From Phoronis australis (lineage: Eukaryota > Animalia > Phoronida): 64,000 nucleotides of DNA. This document shows, in pieces, positions 26,727-39,167 of this stretch. Position 1 is the first letter of the stretch. The number at the start of each line of letters is the position of its first letter. Below the pieces are notes generated by a model. It had not been told where the DNA came from, did no database searches, and saw nothing but the letters and a program-made list of their open reading frames with translations. The stretch lies in assembly GCA_002633005.1 (NCBI GenBank), contig NMRA01000003.1:1602503-1666502 (forward strand), read 5' to 3'. The translations under genes and the position numbers were made by a program.

Positions 26727-28108
26727 TTTTTGTGCCCCCACATATGAGTATGGTGAGGAGAAGGTTGCATGCATATTGCCGTCATGATCCTATCCAGTTG
26801 TCCTGTTTTTCAGTAGTCGGCTTGGTATCTCAGAAACACTGGTCAGATCTTCATGAAATCAACACAAGGGTGTAGGGTACCACTTTTCTCTATCTTCTTG
26901 TGCCATGGGACTGAACTCCTCAGTATTTTTGGGGAGAAGGGCATTTCTGGATGATATCTAGGAGAACACATGAAAAGTGACACAATGTAGTTTGTAATGT
27001 CATTGCGTTGCATTAGTCGATTTTCAGAAGGATTCGGCCAATGCGGCTCCCTCTAGCGGCTGTTTTGGTAGCAACACTGAAGGGTCTTTTTCAAGTTTGT
27101 AGGAAGAGTGTTTCCATATATATATCTAGGAAATCAAAGGATGTATTTCATTGAAAGTTCACACTGTGGTATGTGATTACAATATGTTGGCACCTGTTGA
27201 TAGTCGGAGTGAACTTGACCACTGATGCACCACCTAATGGTCATTTTGGTCTCAAAAGTTGAGAATAGCATTAGACCAATAAATGAATTTCATTGAAACA
27301 TGACACAGAGGTATGTGACCACAATGCACTGACACAATTTAATTTTTGTGCATACTGGATTATTGACTCACCTACTAGTGGCTATTTTAGTTTTTGTCAA
27401 GATATTTCATTTAGATTCAGCTGCCTCTGATGTAACCCCAGTCTACAAAAACTCATGGAAATCAATTTTAACAACTTGTGTCCCAGTTTGGAGATAATGG
27501 CAGTGACCATTTTTTGCGGATTCCAACAAGTTGTATTCAATTTAAATCTGGTCTGCAGGACTACGTACAAAATTAAATTCCTAACAGTTCGTAGGCATCA
27601 CGCCTCCTTCAAAGGACCAATCTTCAGTACCATCTTCCCTTTGAAGGAGGCGTGATGGCTCTGAGGTGTTAGGAATTTAATTTTGTATGTAGTCCATCAG
27701 ACCAGATTTAATTCGAATACAATGAACTTTCCTGGATGGATCAACGATTACGTTTTATGATTCCAACAAGTGCCTGTGCCCTTTATGTCTATCTTTGTGC
27801 CTGCCAACACCTTATGATCCTTCTGTGTGAAAAAAGACTACGAGACCTGCTAATTAGATTTAGCCGGTGCTGTGTTCTGTTATGGCGTTTTTATTTCTTT
27901 GTAAAATTTGAAAACTAATTGAATTGATTATAGTTTATCACGGTAAGGTAATACTGCTTTTCATGGATACTGACTATTGCAGCTTCCCCTTGGGGTCAAA
28001 TCTGTTGCCTCCTTGTACTTTACACAAAACTGACATTAGCACCCTTAGAAACGTACGGTTTGCAGTGTATAGTGGGCGAATATTTGCATTACTGCGATGC
28101 TCTCGTTT
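26727..28108 (+). mobile_element. Degenerate Helentron-type HINE, interrupted by the hairpin insertion at 27519-27771
   Basis: 5' TTTTGTGCCCCCACATAT...GCATATTGCCGTCAT resembles the start of 47271. 3' GTGGGCGAATA, hairpin GCATTACTGCGATGC and TCTCGTT. The last ~130 bp align with 49967-50099. Confidence 0.55.
27519..27771. repeat. ~190-bp fold-back hairpin plus short tail, flanked by a 13-bp direct repeat
   Basis: Arms 27531-27615 and 27638-27722 are reverse complements with few mismatches. GATTCCAACAAGT occurs at 27519-27531 and 27759-27771. Confidence 0.85.
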
Positions 28109-30183
28109 GAGGTTTGGTATCCTGTTTTATTCGTGTGTGATTCATGATGTTTGCAGGCCTGTACTTCTCATTCAAGATCATTCAAGATGACATGTTAGAA
28201 AACTGTAAAAGTATTTTGATACATCCGTTTTGAACATTTGCAGCAAATGAAATTTGGTCATGTTATTGATACTGTTCTTTTATTGAACGAAATGAATTTT
28301 ATTGAAAAGACACTATATTGGGACCTAATCAACGGCAGATTACCATAAAGCAAAAAAAATCAAAATTCTACAGACTTTGTGGTGCTTTTGAATATTCTAC
28401 CAGATGGTGACCAGTCAAACTGTCATGTTGTTAAGATGGTTTTCAATAGGCGGCTTAAGATGTTGACCAGTCATAAAGTCAGATTTCTGGTGATGTCTGA
28501 TGTTTGAGTGTTTTTAATGAGACTACCAGATGGTTACCAGTCAGTCAATGTCTGATATCCGGTGCTAAAGTACAAATGAGTGGTCAATGCTAATAAAATG
28601 GTGTGGCATTCGTTACCTGGCTTACAAATTCCTAACACCAATAATTCCAGTCGCTTTTCTTAAAGTTAGCCATTCAAATGTTATTTGCAATTCGGCTCAA
28701 ATGCTCCTGGTAAGCTGGAAAGGTCACCCGGTGCGTCTGACGTCATAGCAGAAACTGAAATGGTTAGAGTGGAAGCTTACCATTCATCTAGATTTTTGAT
28801 TACAGTTTTCTTGCTCAACTTGTCACACAGTCAGTGCAGGCTCTGGCTGGGCTCAAGTCTCGGCAATTCTGCAGAGGCATCTGGGCAACTGATAGTCACA
28901 TTTAACATGCATACATGTTGAGAACCAGTTTGATTTCAGAGGAGAAAACTGGTTCTCAAAATGTGGGCACCTTATATCTGGCTATTACCGATATTGGTAC
29001 AGCTGAGTTAATGAACTCCCAGCTTGACTTCGCGCTTCACCCCTCCCATGCAGTTACAAATATGGTCCACTTCATTAATATTAATTCTGTTAATTGTGTT
29101 TGTCACACAAATCTCAATGTTGAAGTACTGGAGTTTCTTGCAAAAATTGGACATGATATCTTCCCTCCGTTGACTTGTAAAAAAAACTGATAAACTCTAC
29201 TTGTGTTGTCACGCGCTTCAGTTGATTAGGAGCATCCAAGTTCTGATTGTGAGACATGTGATTCAACTGTTGCAAGTGAGATGAGCTATTGCAAAAGCTT
29301 AAGTTAGGGTGAATGATAAAGTACATGGCAATTCAGACTTGTCAAGTTGTTTATGGTACTTGAAACCGCCCATTTGTGCTCCATGGTGCTTCTAAGTTGG
29401 CTACCAGATGGTGACCAGTCAGACAATTATGTCTGATGTCTGATGTTAAGGTTCTTTTTAAGTAGGCTACAATGAGCATGAACTATCAAAGTGAGTGAAC
29501 TGTTGAAAGTATACCACCATGCTTGGAGTAATTTTACAGTTGCTATGATCTATGGTCAATTTGTCCTAGTAGCAGTGGGGTACAATAAACAGTAAATTGC
29601 ACTGTTCCCATGTATTTTGAAATCAAAGAAATATTTCAGGAAAAACACCCATGGTGAATTCCTCAAATAGTTGTGTCGTCCTGACAAAGGATTCCCCCGC
29701 ATTAATACAGTAAAATTTGCTAGAATCCAGGCAAATTCCTATTCCAATACAAGCAATATTTTTCACATTGTAAATTTGCTTTAAAAACTCAGTTATTTCC
29801 ACTGATTTTTGCATTGGAACAGCACTTACATCTGAAGTTGTAGTACAAATTGGTTTGCTTTTCACATTACTAACCTGCTAAGTGAGCCTCAGGTCTTGAC
29901 CAATAAAGAACAGCCAGTGGTTCCCGAGCCACAAATTACTTCAAGTAGCAATTGAAGGCTGTATTTTGGTAAGTGGTCTACATCAAAAGTTATTTTTTAT
30001 TATGAGGTGGGTCCATTAAGCAGCAAAGTTTGACAAAAATGCATTTTCTTCTGTTATTTCCTACCTGGAGGCCTAGTTCACATATTGACTGTAATTCCCT
30101 CATCTATGTTAATCTATTGCCCTATTCATTTTATTTAGTCAAGGCCTTTAAGAGATAAATTAATTGCTAATTTCCTCATCCAG

Positions 30184-30291
30184 GTTGTGATGAGGAGCCT
30201 CTAGTGGTATTCACAGACTGCCTGGAGAGCAGGAGCAAACCTCAACTTGCACGGCCACCTCTCATCAGAAGTCACACCTGCTCATTAACAG
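30184..30291 (+). CDS. ANKFN1: ANKFN1/wake-like internal exon (G-CDEEPLVVFTDCLESRSKPQLARPPLIRSHTCSLT-G)
   Basis: Acceptor tttcctcatccAG and consensus donor CAG|GTAAGT. 108 nt, phase 1 to 1, open. Confidence 0.8.
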
Positions 30292-32606
30292 GTAAGTTAG
30301 CATTCAAGCAAATTTGTTAAAGATAATGAAATCAAATGCTTAGACGCATTTTTTCACAATAGGTGCCTTTAAACTGTGATACGGATTTCTTTGTGTGTCA
30401 CAATTCGTTGTGATGAAGGTTTGGCTTGCATAATAGGTCTAATGTGAACACTTTAATAGTCTTATACGGAGGAACGCATCTTATTAATTTTGTTGTCTGT
30501 CATTGTGTTTTTGTTCTGATTCAGTTTCATTACGTCATTTGTGGCAATTGAACTGACCAGATTTTACGATAAGTTACCCTGGACACAGTTTTTGACGAGC
30601 TGTAAGAAATAAAGACAAAGAATTGAGAGTCAGGCATTTTGTTTATCGTTTCCCATATTTTTCATTCTGTGCTTGTGCTTGGAGTTGTGCGGTGTTTTCA
30701 TGGACCTCAAGAAATTTGAGATGGAGCCCAAATGTTTGGCCAGATGAGTACACAGGGCCCAATGTTTGCGTCTGTAGAGCCAACCTGTTCTGTTATCCGG
30801 GACTCAAGGGGAGATTAACACCCCAACCTTTTCCTTATTCTAATTCTTCTCTAAATTTCCACACAATATGTCTGACAAGTCGATATTCAATTTTTGTCAA
30901 AGTTCTTCCCAAAAACCAAATTAAAAGATTAAAAACGTTTAGCCTATTACTAGCATAATTCTGCTGTGTAGATAGATGTGATGATACAACATTTGGTTGC
31001 AGCTAGATAATCAGCCTCCTTTGAAAAATGGAAAAGGACAGTTTTATTAAGTACGTTGTGCTAAACTGACAGGGTCCCATTTATTTTAGGGGTTTGTTAT
31101 AAAACGTTAAGATACGACTGGGCTCCACACATAGCATAACCTCAACTTGCCAAATACTGCAATCTGGCAAAATTCCCACGGCTTTTACAAGCAACATAAT
31201 TACAGTCAAAAATGAAAAGCGACAGGCCAACTAGCTAAACATCGGCCAGAACACTTCAAAATGCCTGGGTGGCAGTTTTTTGGAGTAAATTGTGTGCTCA
31301 AACCCAGTAATATCATCTGGGCTCTGCTCTTACCTAAGGCAGGAAAAGCAGGTAATCAGAACACATTCTGTGTGCGTGCGTCATGAACACGCTCTTTCGG
31401 TCTGTGCCGGACAATTCTCATTCCTGTCTTTAGTAGTTTCAGCGCGTACTTGAATTTGTACACAATTGCATTTGGAAAAAAATGTTACTAATTTTTGAAG
31501 TCTAGAAGTAAGCACAGATTACAGGTGCATTCTAATATTTGACTTCTTCTGAGTTGGTTGCAACTCGCAAAAATCTGGTAACTTCGTGGTATCTTAGGAT
31601 TATTACGAGGTTGCCAAGTCACCAAATCGATGCCCAGTACAAGCATGACAGTTACAATGTGATGCACTCGCGTTTAGTACCTAGAACGGATGTACAAAAT
31701 GTTAAATGTTTTTAGACTAGTTCTATACACTGGTATTCAAAATGAGGTAAAACGTGTTACTTTAGTAGTCCAAACAGGTGTACTGGCATTTAGCATGATT
31801 GAGTCTGACTGTTTGTGGTTAGGCTAAAATCACAGGAAATTACATGTTAAGTGAATGAGAGATTCAATGGTCCATTACCAGGTATGAGTTGGCCTGGATG
31901 GTAGGATGTGCGTCACTTAATTGTACAACAGCTAAGTTGTGGTACTGTAAGGGCGCCTATCATGTAACTGATAGAAAATGACTGTCATGCACACTGTTAT
32001 TTTGTCTGTTATGTTCTATTTGTGTTAAGACAATACTCAATCCTATAATAGAGAAAAAAAAACATTAACCTAGTTGATTTCACACATCAGATGAAAAAAA
32101 TAGTTAATACGTCACCTACTTTTGGTGCTAATTCAACAGAGAGTGAAAATCTTGATATTAGTTTAAAAAGGTGAGGTACCAACCCTTTTCCATCTATTCT
32201 AGATATTGCAGCGACACCTTCTGGTTAAATTGTTCGTCTTTTTGTGCTTTACATGAAGCTGCTCAGTACCTAGGAACATACAGTTTGTGGTGTATTGCGG
32301 GTACATATCTACGGTTTGCATTGCTCTCTTGTTTTTTTTTTCTTTTGAATTGGGTGCTTCTATTCAGGTCATGAACCTCTGTGTGACTGATATTTAGAGA
32401 CAAATATTTTAGTTTTAGTTAAGTGCTGGTGAAAATGTGTTCAATAGGTGGCAGTAGTGCACAATGGGTAACAAGGGTGTTTATTTCAGCACTCTGTGGT
32501 GTTATACCAGTGTAACATATAATCCATCTGCCTTCTCAGATGGTAGGCTTAACACTAAACTTGAAATGACTTAGTGTAAGACTGTTAAACCCGTGTAGCT
32601 CTCTAA

Positions 32607-33114
32607 AGGCCCTTTCATATTGACTTAACTCCGGTCTGAGCGGAGTGTCTACGTAAACAGCACAGTTAACGGGACCGTTCATACTGGCTTTGGTAGTTAA
32701 TGAACATCAAAGTAAGCGGTTGTATGCCGCTGTCGTCATCGAAGTTATCGCAAGGTAGCGTTGCACACTAAGATTTTTTTCAATGTTTTAATTTGGAAAT
32801 ATATACATATGATAAGTGACATTAAACTGATTTTTAAATCGATTGGTCATTATTAAAGCAAAATATAAGCAGCTATTAGTGACCACACTGCCTTGTAACT
32901 GTTGACGATAACATTGGCACCTGGCGATAACTTCGATTGGACCGATCTTAAGCGTTCATACTTCACCGCAGTGTCGACGCTGCGGTCTTAAATCCACCTG
33001 TTAACTGCGATGTTAATTGGAGCTGTTAACTGCGATCCAGGACCGGCGTTAAGCGTTCATACTGACCGCAACTTCCCAAACCATCGACGCGTCGACGTTA
33101 GTATGGAAGGCCCT
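32607..33114. mobile_element. PIF/Harbinger-type MITE
   Basis: TAA|AGGCCCTTTCATATTGAC ... GTTAGTATGGAAGGCCCT|TTA, with internal repeats of GCGTTCATACT. CpG-rich, so probably young. Confidence 0.7.
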
Positions 33115-33609
33115 TTACTCTGGTGTTACAGCATGTGTAATCCTGGAGTAACAACAGGTGTCATGTTGGTATAACATTAAACCCAGCAGATAGACATTAG
33201 TGATTTTTCTTTTGTAGGCTTGAATAGCATATAAAACTAAGGATTAAAATGTTATGCTGTGTGATTCTGGTAAATTCGCATGTCAGTGTTTTAATCATCG
33301 AGCATTTTTTAATTCATCTTTTGTCCACAATGTTGCTTTAAAGGACCTACCCATTGGGGTTTGAAAAGAGATCAGTCCAAGTCTGGTATTAATGCTGCGT
33401 TTGAATATAGGATTACAAAATCCAAGTGCTGTGCATGCCACTATTTGTAGCGAGCAGAGAAAATAACAATTGCCGGCAATTTTCCAACTCAAGGTAATAT
33501 TAGCCAAAGAACTGATTTCCAAGTCCAGCAAGCCATTTTTAACAGACGAAAGGATACCCCAAGGCAATCATCCTTAGACATTGGTGCATCCGGTCATCTG
33601 AGAGTCATC

Positions 33610-33760
33610 TGGTGTTATACCAGCGTAACACCAGTGTAACACCGATGTTATGCCAGTGTTACACAGGTGTTACACCAGTGTAACAGTGGTCTGAGTTTAA
33701 CACCAGGTGTAACACCAGTGTTTCATTAAACTCGGGTATTACACTAACACCAAGCTTGAA
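33610..33760. repeat. Quasi-palindromic ~11-bp minisatellite (ACACCAGTGTA / TGTTACAC)
   Basis: Repeated ACACCAGTGTA-like units in both orientations. Related sequence flanks the MITE at ~32497-32600 and ~33118-33185. Confidence 0.7.
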
Positions 33761-36700
33761 TTGACCCGGCCAGTATGCGATTGCATCTGAAATCCTTTTA
33801 CAAGACAGAACTTGACTTTCTCCGAAGAAAACCTCAGGGTGGTCCCCTTCATAATTTCATAGTTTCCCAATCTGTCCCCTGCCATCATAAAGGAATCTCA
33901 CCTACATAATTTTGACAGTTGTTCCATTTCAAACCACAAGAGACTATTGGTGTTTTATAATAATATCTTGTATAATATAATCACATTCAATATTCAGTAC
34001 TAAATATTACTTTAAGTGTTGTTTAAGTGGCATTATTGGCTAGAAATGTTGTCTTGTGAGATCAGCACCAATGCTGAATTGAATTCACAGCCTCAGTGGT
34101 TAAAATCCATGATGCTTCTGGAGGAGCTTGACACCACTGGTAATGCAAATGTAACTAACTGATTAGGGTTCACAGTGAATTGTTGGCAGGCAATGGCGAG
34201 AATTGACAAATTGCAATAAAATCACAAAACAACAAATTTTGTTGTCCTATAACTCAGGTCAAGGGAAGCCTATGCACTTCACTGAAAATAATCCCCAAAA
34301 TGCATTGCTCAGTCATAAACCAATTGTGTCCTATTGAAGAGCAGTCCTCAACACTTTATTCTCTGGGCTGAGTATGACGTAAAGCATGTTACTTATTAGT
34401 TGAATGTCTTCATTATGATTAATATCTACAGTAATCATCGGATGTCTGCAAACTAAAATTAGTCAAACTTCCATGTTCTGGGCCTGCCTCCATCAAACAT
34501 TACTGGGTCTTTTAAATTATTGTGGGCAATTTCTTAAGTCTTAGGGACCACCAAAATGTACTTGACCATAAGTAATCGAAATTCAAGGAATATTTCGAGC
34601 AGTGCTCTTGAAAGTGTGACCATCAATAATTCCCAAGTAATATTTTCGAGCACCCTTAGGAAATTATTTGCAAATTCTAAGACTGCTATGTAGCATTCTT
34701 GAAAAACTACTTATTACGTTGTACAATTTATTTGAAGCCTTAAGTTCACAATTTGATACCCTATCATACAATGCGAGTATATTTAATATAATTGCACTTA
34801 TTAGTGAGTTCTTCAGTAATACCTACTGCACTATAGGTTTCGTTGAGTTCTTACCGCAAGAAAGCTGTATGTCACAACATCACAAACCTTAAAGCTTTTT
34901 CATGTTGCGGTACCAAAACAGCATTCATGTAAATTGCAAAGTTAGTTTGAACCTTTTAAACCACTTTCGATAATTAATGGATACCGAAATTATCACAATT
35001 TCATGATGTGTGGGTTATCAAAGTTAAGATGTGCCTAATGCAATATGCAGGCATATTTTCTAATTGGTGGATAGTGAATGAAATGAAGTGGTAGAATAGG
35101 AATAATTGTTATGCATGAGACTTTACATTTGGTTGATGTTATGCATTGAGGAGAGAAAGAGCATCTTTAGGTGTTGGTCAAATTTGGCGACCTTGTCTTC
35201 ATTTTCAAGGTCATAGTGCGAAATGTTGGAGCTGCATCACATCACACGCACAGTATGAAAGTTTAACACAAAATTTTTTCATTCGAAAATTTTGTCAATT
35301 TAGTTGAGTGATCAATTTCAGATGTGCTGGAAAAAGGGTTGCAATTATATTCATCTGACTGAAATGTATACAAAAACATAATAGTGTCATAAAATTATAG
35401 TTTTGAAAATGCTTGTATTTTGGTCATCCTGTGGCAAAATGCTGGTTCAAAACAGATATAAAGTTTGACAGGTCCAATAAACCTTTCCAAGATCTGGTAA
35501 AACCTGGCAGTAAAAACAGTCATTGGATTTACCATACTATTCATTTATTCTGAATCTAATCTAAAATGACATAACACATAATGATTTGTGCCTGTGACTA
35601 GAGGCACATTACAGTCATCCTTTGACAAATGAACAAAGTAATATTACATAACCGTGGATTCCTGGTCAGTAAGTATAATCAATGTGACAACAACTGTCCT
35701 GTCTTCTTGCACACTTTATTTTTGTTTTAATTCTTTGAGCCACAAGTTTTAATCTGTACCAGGTTCAGCCCTGTCTAACCAATCTGTCCTGTGGCCCACC
35801 TCAATATGCCAGTGTGTTTATAATACCTTCCTCTTCAATGGTTGGAAGCACCTTCCCTGTTGAGTTCCAAGCCTCAAAGTGTACTTGTGATGACCATAAG
35901 ATTGTCTGAATGGACAGTACAATGAAGCTAATTCACACCACTGATAGAAGGTGTTGTGTATTGTACCCTGATAACTGTCACTTGGGAGGGATTAGCTGAT
36001 GTGAATGAATCCAATAACTGCTAGTCCTACAGGTAACATATTGCCAACTGGCTGAGACAGATGCATGTACAGATGTGGGGGTTATAGAGAGAGAGAAGAT
36101 ACTTTGTACATTACCACTTGTACATGGCTTTCTTGAATACCACATGACAGCTATTAGCACTCCATGGTTACATAGGACACCACACTGATAAACAAAGCAA
36201 CAGAATCAGTGAGGACATTAGAGACTGACCAGTTTACAATGAACCTAATGGAGTCTTCATATGTGACTGAAATACTAATTTACCATGTTTACCCTTAAAA
36301 TACCAGGTGAAATTGTTCACCTGTTGGATATGAAAGTGACCAAGTGGATATTGGACGATGCTGATGTTTAATATTATTGGAGTGACATTATAGTGGATGC
36401 AGTGGTGTGGATTGGTCAATTAGTGGAGCGTAGCAGGCATTGACTGGAGCTTTTGTTGACTGAAGACAGCTTTCAAAAGACTGATTTTGCCTGGAGGGTT
36501 GTATCAATGCCAAGACAAGATTCAAATTTGTAATAGGTGACAGTTCTATTGCTAGTTTTACTGGTCAACAGATGGTGCTACAGGGTAGGGAGTTGGCAAG
36601 AGCAAGCTGAGATGTCTTCTACTTGGGTGGTTTTTGTTAAATCAACATTATGAAACAGACAGTTTTTACTTACCTTTGTTTGCCAAATTCTTTTCCAGTC

Positions 36701-37724
36701 TGCTAATTTGCTGTTTCTACTGTTTTGGTGTGATTTTAAGCCCCAGGCTGTTTGAATTTCTTGTGGTTAAGTGCTCTGGGGTGTTTACCTGTGTTCAAGT
36801 CTTTATGTGGGTTCATTGTGGCGGAGTTGTCAACAGACACTACCTTGTCACATTGTTCATGTAACATTTTCTAACTGGAGTGCCATCACATGTTTGGATA
36901 GGACAGAACACAGCATTCGGCTTCACATGAACATGGAAGGGATTCAATGGTTGTCTCATATACTGCCAGTGAAGTGGAACTCTTCAGCCTTTTTACCTTG
37001 TTACATTTCGTAACGGGCAGGTTTCAATTAACCAGCCGTGGGGTTGAGTTTTAGACTTCGTTCAAATTACAAGCTGTGTGCTGTTATTGATTTTATATTC
37101 GCTGCTGTTAATTTTCGAGTAACAAGATTTCTACTCATCCGTACCAGATTGCAACCATTGTTATAGGTATGCCAGGAGAGACTAGCTTGTAATAAGCGCT
37201 CATTGTTACCATGTACAAGGAGAGACTGCATTGAGATCATCACCTTGTGATTGGCTGGTCATTTGTATACAGATGAGAAGAGGAGATAAGGCTACTTTTC
37301 CATGTATGCTTCTTTCCTGTGAGTGGTTATCCTTTGGGACAAGTGAAGGCTTCATCCATATATCTATATTTGGATAGTGAAAAAGGATTGTCAAACAGGG
37401 AATTGTTTCACGTGGGAAGATGCCTGGACAAATCAACTGTACTAATTGAATATATGGCCTAGGAGACAGTGTTTAATGTCGTATCGTGTTTCATGTAAAA
37501 ATGAAATTGGTGCAAGATGGAGTATTCCGCACCTGATAATTAGGCTGGAAAGTATTGTACTGGTGGGGGAAGTCACAGTGTGATTTATTTTAAAGGGATT
37601 CTCAATATTGAAGGAGTTGTGGTGGAGTGGAGTACTGTGTCAAGTTGGTGCATTGTGAAAATGACACATACCTGGTGAACTGTTGTATGGTAGAGGTGTG
37701 TGTTGTGTTAGGTCTAACTAAGCC

Positions 37725-37920
37725 ATGGTCTGCCCAGACGCTTTGAATGTCCTACCACAAACTGATTTGAACATGCATGCCATTAAAAAATTCAGCAATT
37801 GGAAGAGAAAGACACCTGTACAACTGTTGGGCAACGATGCATTTAAAAGTTCTTGTGAGAGTATCAGTGAGAGGGATGAGTTGACCGACAAAGTGGATGT
37901 CAAACCCCCGGTACTCCCTT
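37725..37920 (+). CDS. ANKFN1: Putative alternative first coding exon (isoform B): MVCPDALNVLPQTDLNMHAIKKFSNWKRKTP...KVDVKPPVLP-W
   Basis: gccATGg Kozak context with an in-frame TAA just upstream, 65 codons plus 1 nt, then donor T|GTAAGT. Its phase-1 end matches the acceptor at 46869. Confidence 0.55.
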
Positions 37921-37942
37921 GTAAGTGTTGTGCTTAGTGTTA

Positions 37943-39167
37943 CCGTAATCGTTCGGGTTAACGCCCATGCTCAGTTAACCGCCCACCCCCTACTTTAGGT
38001 GAATTTCGATTTAACCGCCCACTGCTCGGTTAACCGCCCCCCTGCTATTTTTGAAGATTTCCAATTAACCGCCCACTGCTCGGTTAACCGCCCATCCCCT
38101 ACTTTTGACGATTGGTGATTACCGCCCTGTGCTAATAGGAAACGCGAATCCCCGACCTTTTAGATTAAGATCGATGATAACATTGAGTGCAACGACGGCC
38201 TCAGAGACCGCGGTTTAGCAATGTGAATTATGATACCAGTAACAAATTATTGTAACGGGTCATCGATTAACTTCAAAATGTAATACTTGAACACTTTGTC
38301 ACTTTCTTTTCTTCTCATGTTCGCAAACTTTAGGAACCGCGCTGGCGTCTACACCTCNNNNNNNNNNNNNNNNNNNNNNNNNNNNNNNNNNNNNNNNNNN
38401 NNNNNNNNNNNNNNNNNNNNNNNNNNNNNNNNNNNNNNNNNNNNNNNNNNNNNNNNNNNNNNNNNNNNNNNNNNNNNNNNNNNNNNNNNNNNNNNNNNNN
38501 NNNNNNNNNNNNNNNNNNNNNNNNNNNNNNNNNNNNNNNNNNNNNNNNNNNNNNNNNNNNNNNNNNNNNNNNNNNNNNNNNNNNNNNNNNNNNNNNNNNN
38601 NNNNNNNNNNNNNNNNNNNNNNNNNNNNNNNNNNNNNNNNNNNNNNNNNNNNNNNNNNNNNNNNNNNNNNNNNNNNNNNNNNNNNNNNNNNNNNNNNNNN
38701 NNNNNNNNNNNNNNNNNNNNNNNNNNNNNNNNNNNNNNNNNNNNNNNNNNNNNNNNNNNNNNNNNNNNNNNNNNNNNNNNNNNNNNNNNNNNNNNNNNNN
38801 NNNNNNNNNNNNNNNNNNNNNNNNNNNNNNNNNNNNNNNNNNNNNNNNNNNNNNNNNNNNNNNNNNNNNNNNNNNNNNNNNNNNNNNNNNNNNNNNNNNN
38901 NNNNNNNNNNNNNNNNNNNNNNNNNNNNNNNNNNNNNNAGGCGATCCCAGTATGTGGCTTAGTACGTGTGGTGACTCAGATCATAAGGTAAGATTAACCG
39001 CCCAGGGCGGTTGCCGGTCGTAATAAGCGCCCATGTTCAGTTAACCCCCCCCCCCCCCGATTTCTTGAAATTTCACGTTTAAGCGCCCATGTCTGGTTAA
39101 CCGCCCACCCCCGATTTTTTGGGTTCGCCAATTTAACCGCCCAGGGCGTTAACCCGAACGATTACGG
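37943..39167 (+). mobile_element. Non-autonomous Tc2/pogo-like (TcMar) DNA transposon, contains an assembly gap
   Basis: TA|CCGTAATCGTTCGGGTTAACGCCC ... GGGCGTTAACCCGAACGATTACGG|TA. 24-bp perfect TIR, TA TSD and subterminal TTAACCGCCC arrays. Confidence 0.9.
38358..38938. other. Assembly gap (N run)
   Basis: Run of N inside the Tc2-like element. Confidence 1.

Noticed and set aside
35700-36420. Possible decayed APE-endonuclease remnant on the - strand (GVLIAV-like)
   Set aside because: Too degenerate to call by eye.
38287-38991. 234-aa ORF
   Set aside because: Mostly translated N gap.
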